A DNA stretch of 64,000 nt from contig JBNGIO010005627.1 of the NCBI GenBank assembly GCA_049999805.1, positions 1-64,000 of the forward strand, given 5' to 3'. Positions 61,085-64,000 of this stretch are shown here, piece by piece (the first letter of the stretch is position 1; each line of letters starts with the position of its first letter). This DNA comes from Folioceros fuciformis (Eukaryota). Made by a program: the position numbers and the translations under genes. A model generated the notes under the pieces. The model did not search any database and was not told where the DNA came from. It saw only the letters and a list, made by a program, of their open reading frames with translations.

Positions 61085-63066
61085 ATGGCTGTTGCAGTGA
61101 AGGTGAGTTTCGTACCAAGGGCGGAATTAGGGGGCCAAGCCCGTGTCAGCACTGCCCATGGCAGCAGAAGCAGCAGCAGTAACAGAAAGACGCAGCGTGT
61201 CTTCACCGTCCCACGGTTTGTGGCTCGGAGCTTGAAATGCACAGAGTCAGGGGGGCCAGGGGCGAGGACAGCGCCAGCGAGGGCACCTACCAGGCCCACG
61301 CTCAATCCTAGATCCGAGGTCTCGTCGCAGCGAGAGCGGAATGAGGTGGACCCGGACGTGAGCCCCACAGCCAGGTTACCGGGCGAGGAGGAGGACGGCC
61401 CGAGCGACGTGCAGCGGCCTGCTGCCGCGGCGTCTTACGGGAAACTGTCCGTGCGGGACATTCCGCTGCAGGAGTTGCAGGGGAGGGCTGTATTCGTCCG
61501 GGTGGATTTCAATGTGCCCCTGGACGACAAACGGAGCATCACTGACGATACCCGGGTCCGGGCCTCGCTGCCTACCATCCGCTACCTTGTGGATGCCGGC
61601 GCCAGGGTTGTGTTGGCGTCGCACTTGGGAAGGCCAAAGAACGGACCGCAGGAAAAGTTCAGCTTGAAGCCTGTGGCGAGCAGGGTGTCGGAACTGCTTG
61701 AGAAGGAGGTGCAGCTTGCGAGTGACTGTGTCGGGCCCCAGGTAGCAAAGCAGATCGGGGCGTTGCAAGTAAGCGGAGGCTCTGGCTGCTGTGAGTTTAA
61801 TACTGTTTGGCTCGGGAGGGGGGTTTCATGATGAGTGCATGCATTGCCTGTGCTGAGCAGCCTGGAGAAGTGCTGTTGTTGGAGAATCTTCGGTTCCACA
61901 AGGAGGAGGAGGCCAATGACATAGAGTTCTCTAAGCAGCTGGGAACCGGGATCGATTTCTACGTCAACGACGCGTTCGGCACTGCTCATCGAGCTCATGC
62001 CTCTACGTCGGGGATTACGACTTATGTCAGCGCGAGGGTTGCCGGGTTCCTGTTGGAGAAGGAGCTGAGTTATCTCTCTGGTTCCATGCAGAATCCTCCG
62101 CACCCGTTTGTGGCCATTGTAAGTCTTGCTGTAGAGCGTGAGTTTCCTGTTTGGCATCCATTTCAGATGGTTCCCAGGCTCTTGCTCATCTGACTGATTG
62201 CGTGGGGCTGAATGTTTGGGATGCATGCAGGTTGGGGGCAGCAAGATATCATCGAAAATAACGGTGATTGAGTCTTTGATGAAAAAGTGCGACAAAGTGG
62301 TTCTAGGTGGAGGCATGGTGTTCACCTTCTTCAAGGCTAAGGGCTACGCCGTTGGCTCGTCTTTGGTGGAGGAAGACAAGCTGGGACTGGCTCAACACTT
62401 GTCCGCATTGGCTGAGCAGAAGGGCGTGGAGCTAGTTCTTCCATGCGACATCGTTGCCGCCAACAAGTTCTCTGCGGATGCTCAGACTCAAGTATGCAAG
62501 TCCTACAACATTCCTGACGGTAGGTACGCTGCCCAGGCACGATGATGTGCGTCAGTGATCGATCACTGCAGGCTCCAACAATGGCGACTTGCACTCACGT
62601 GGATGTGTTGTCTGTAACTGCACACAACTTTGCAGGATGGATGGGCTTGGATATTGGACCGGAATCCATCAAACAGTTTCGGGCAGTTCTCCAGACTGCA
62701 AAGGTATATTGGTTAAGGAGTGCCCCAGGAAGTGAAGTGCAATTGTGTTGGGTCTGAGAGACGATCTAATTCTCTTCAACACGCGCGCTTCTGCAGATGG
62801 TGTTGTGGAACGGGCCATTGGGAGTGTTCGAGTTCGACAAGTTCAGCAAGGGAACATACGCAATTGCAAGCACACTTGCAGACTTGTCGGAGAAGGGCGC
62901 TATAACTATCATCGGCGGAGGAGACTCTGTGGCAGCAGTGGAAAAGGTAGGTGTGGCAGCAAAGATGAGCCACATCTCGACAGGTGGTGGCGCCAGCTTG
63001 GAGCTTTTGGAAGGCAAGGTCCTTCCTGGTGTGACCGTTCTGGATGACGTACGCATCCACGCGTAG
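61085..63066 (+). CDS. PGK: Phosphoglycerate kinase, chloroplast-type, multi-exon
   Basis: Ser/Arg/Thr-rich transit peptide; [80 protein letters not shown]. Confidence 0.96.
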
Positions 63067-63458
63067 ATCTTATGTTCCTCTCTCCATTCCGATTCACAAC
63101 ACTCAGCAAGCTGAAGCTCCCTCGAAAAATGTAAAGTACAACACCTTTTCCAATCTTAGCCTCCAAGAACAATTACAGTCAGATCTTCTTTCTCTGTCCA
63201 ACAAGTGAGGACAGCAGTTGTTGAAGATAGGAATATCGTTCCCTGGAATGATGGATCAATCCGTTGAAACAACTCGACAATCTTTCAGTGGAAGCGAAGA
63301 TCATTTCTGGTCTTCGAGGAGGAACGTCATGTAACTTTTGTTTACAAGAGAAATTCGAAGGCGATCGATACATGTGCCCTTCGACGAGTCCTGATGTGAC
63401 ACAGGAGGACAGATCTTGATGTGATACTGTGTCAATACATATGCCCTTAGAGAAATCC

Positions 63459-64000
63459 TTATACGCCAGAGAAGAAACTATGGACCAGTCCGTCCATGTC
63501 TGTCCACCAGCTCTGGCCTGGCAACTTCCATGCCCTGATCGATTTCCTCTTGGCATGCAGCTCATGTGCCTGCTCCCACATCTGAGCACCAGTGTACAAG
63601 TTTGACATCAACACGTATGCTGCGGCATCTCCCTTGTCCAGCTTCACTGCTTCATCGAAAGCATGACGACCGATCTGCACGTTGTTCCACTTTCGACATG
63701 CCGCCAAAAGTGTGTGCCAAACTATAGCGTCAGGGAGTGCAGGCATTGTCCTTAGTAAAGCTAGTGCCTCAGTTAGAAGACCAGCACGACCCAGGAGATC
63801 TACCATGCATGTGTAGTGCTCGGTCGTGGTAGTGACGCCATACTGTCTGCTCATAGCCCAGAAGTACTCCCGTCCTTTGTTTACCAGACCTACATGACTG
63901 CACGCTGTTAGTACACAGATGAATGTCATGCTGGCTGGCTGTTTGCCATCCTCCTGCATTCTGTGGAACAAGTGGAATACGGCTTCACTGTCTCCTTGCC
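63459..64000 (-). CDS. 3' part of a PLS-class PPR protein (E/E+, WW-type PG box); 5' end lies outside the window
   Basis: TFICVLTACSHVGLV..G..YF, HYTCMVDLLGRAG, VWHTLLAACR, AYVLMSNLY, AWKLPGQSWWTDMDGLVHSFFSGV*. Confidence 0.93.
   Translation of the reverse strand, partial: QGDSEAVFHLFHRMQEDGKQPASMTFICVLTACSHVGLVNKGREYFWAMSRQYGVTTTTEHYTCMVDLLGRAGLLTEALALLRTMPALPDAIVWHTLLAACRKWNNVQIGRHAFDEAVKLDKGDAAAYVLMSNLYTGAQMWEQAHELHAKRKSIRAWKLPGQSWWTDMDGLVHSFFSGV

Overview
Eukaryotic nuclear DNA from a gene-dense land-plant genome with short (about 70-120 bp) GT-AG introns. The PLS-class PPR genes with long L motifs and a WW-type PG box, together with the compact layout, suggest a hornwort (Anthoceros-like) or another seed-free plant; this is an inference. 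Seventeen protein-coding genes are recognisable, in order: SH2/STAT-like (SHA/SHB family), WDR83/MORG1, an intronless cyanobacterial-type GtrB/ArnC-like GT2 glycosyltransferase with a putative transit peptide, METTL4-like MT-A70, peroxisomal cNMP-domain acyl-CoA thioesterase II, Pol III subunit RPC10/C11, a secreted DUF26/Gnk2 protein, an A1B aspartic protease, COX6b, mitochondrial uS5, class II LBD, MBD4L, an OVATE family protein, a ThrE/PRM10-type exporter, a very long GEX2/FUS1-like filamin-repeat adhesin, an E+ PPR and chloroplast PGK. A further PPR is cut by the window edge. There is also a PPR pseudogene, several minisatellites, microsatellite fields and three assembly gaps. The best leads are the cyanobacterial-type GT2, the ThrE transporter, the expanded GEX2 (about 15 modules, mostly one per exon) and a spaced direct-repeat array at 6.7-7.1 kb. 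Gene spans and splice sites were read by eye and are approximate. No database searches were run.
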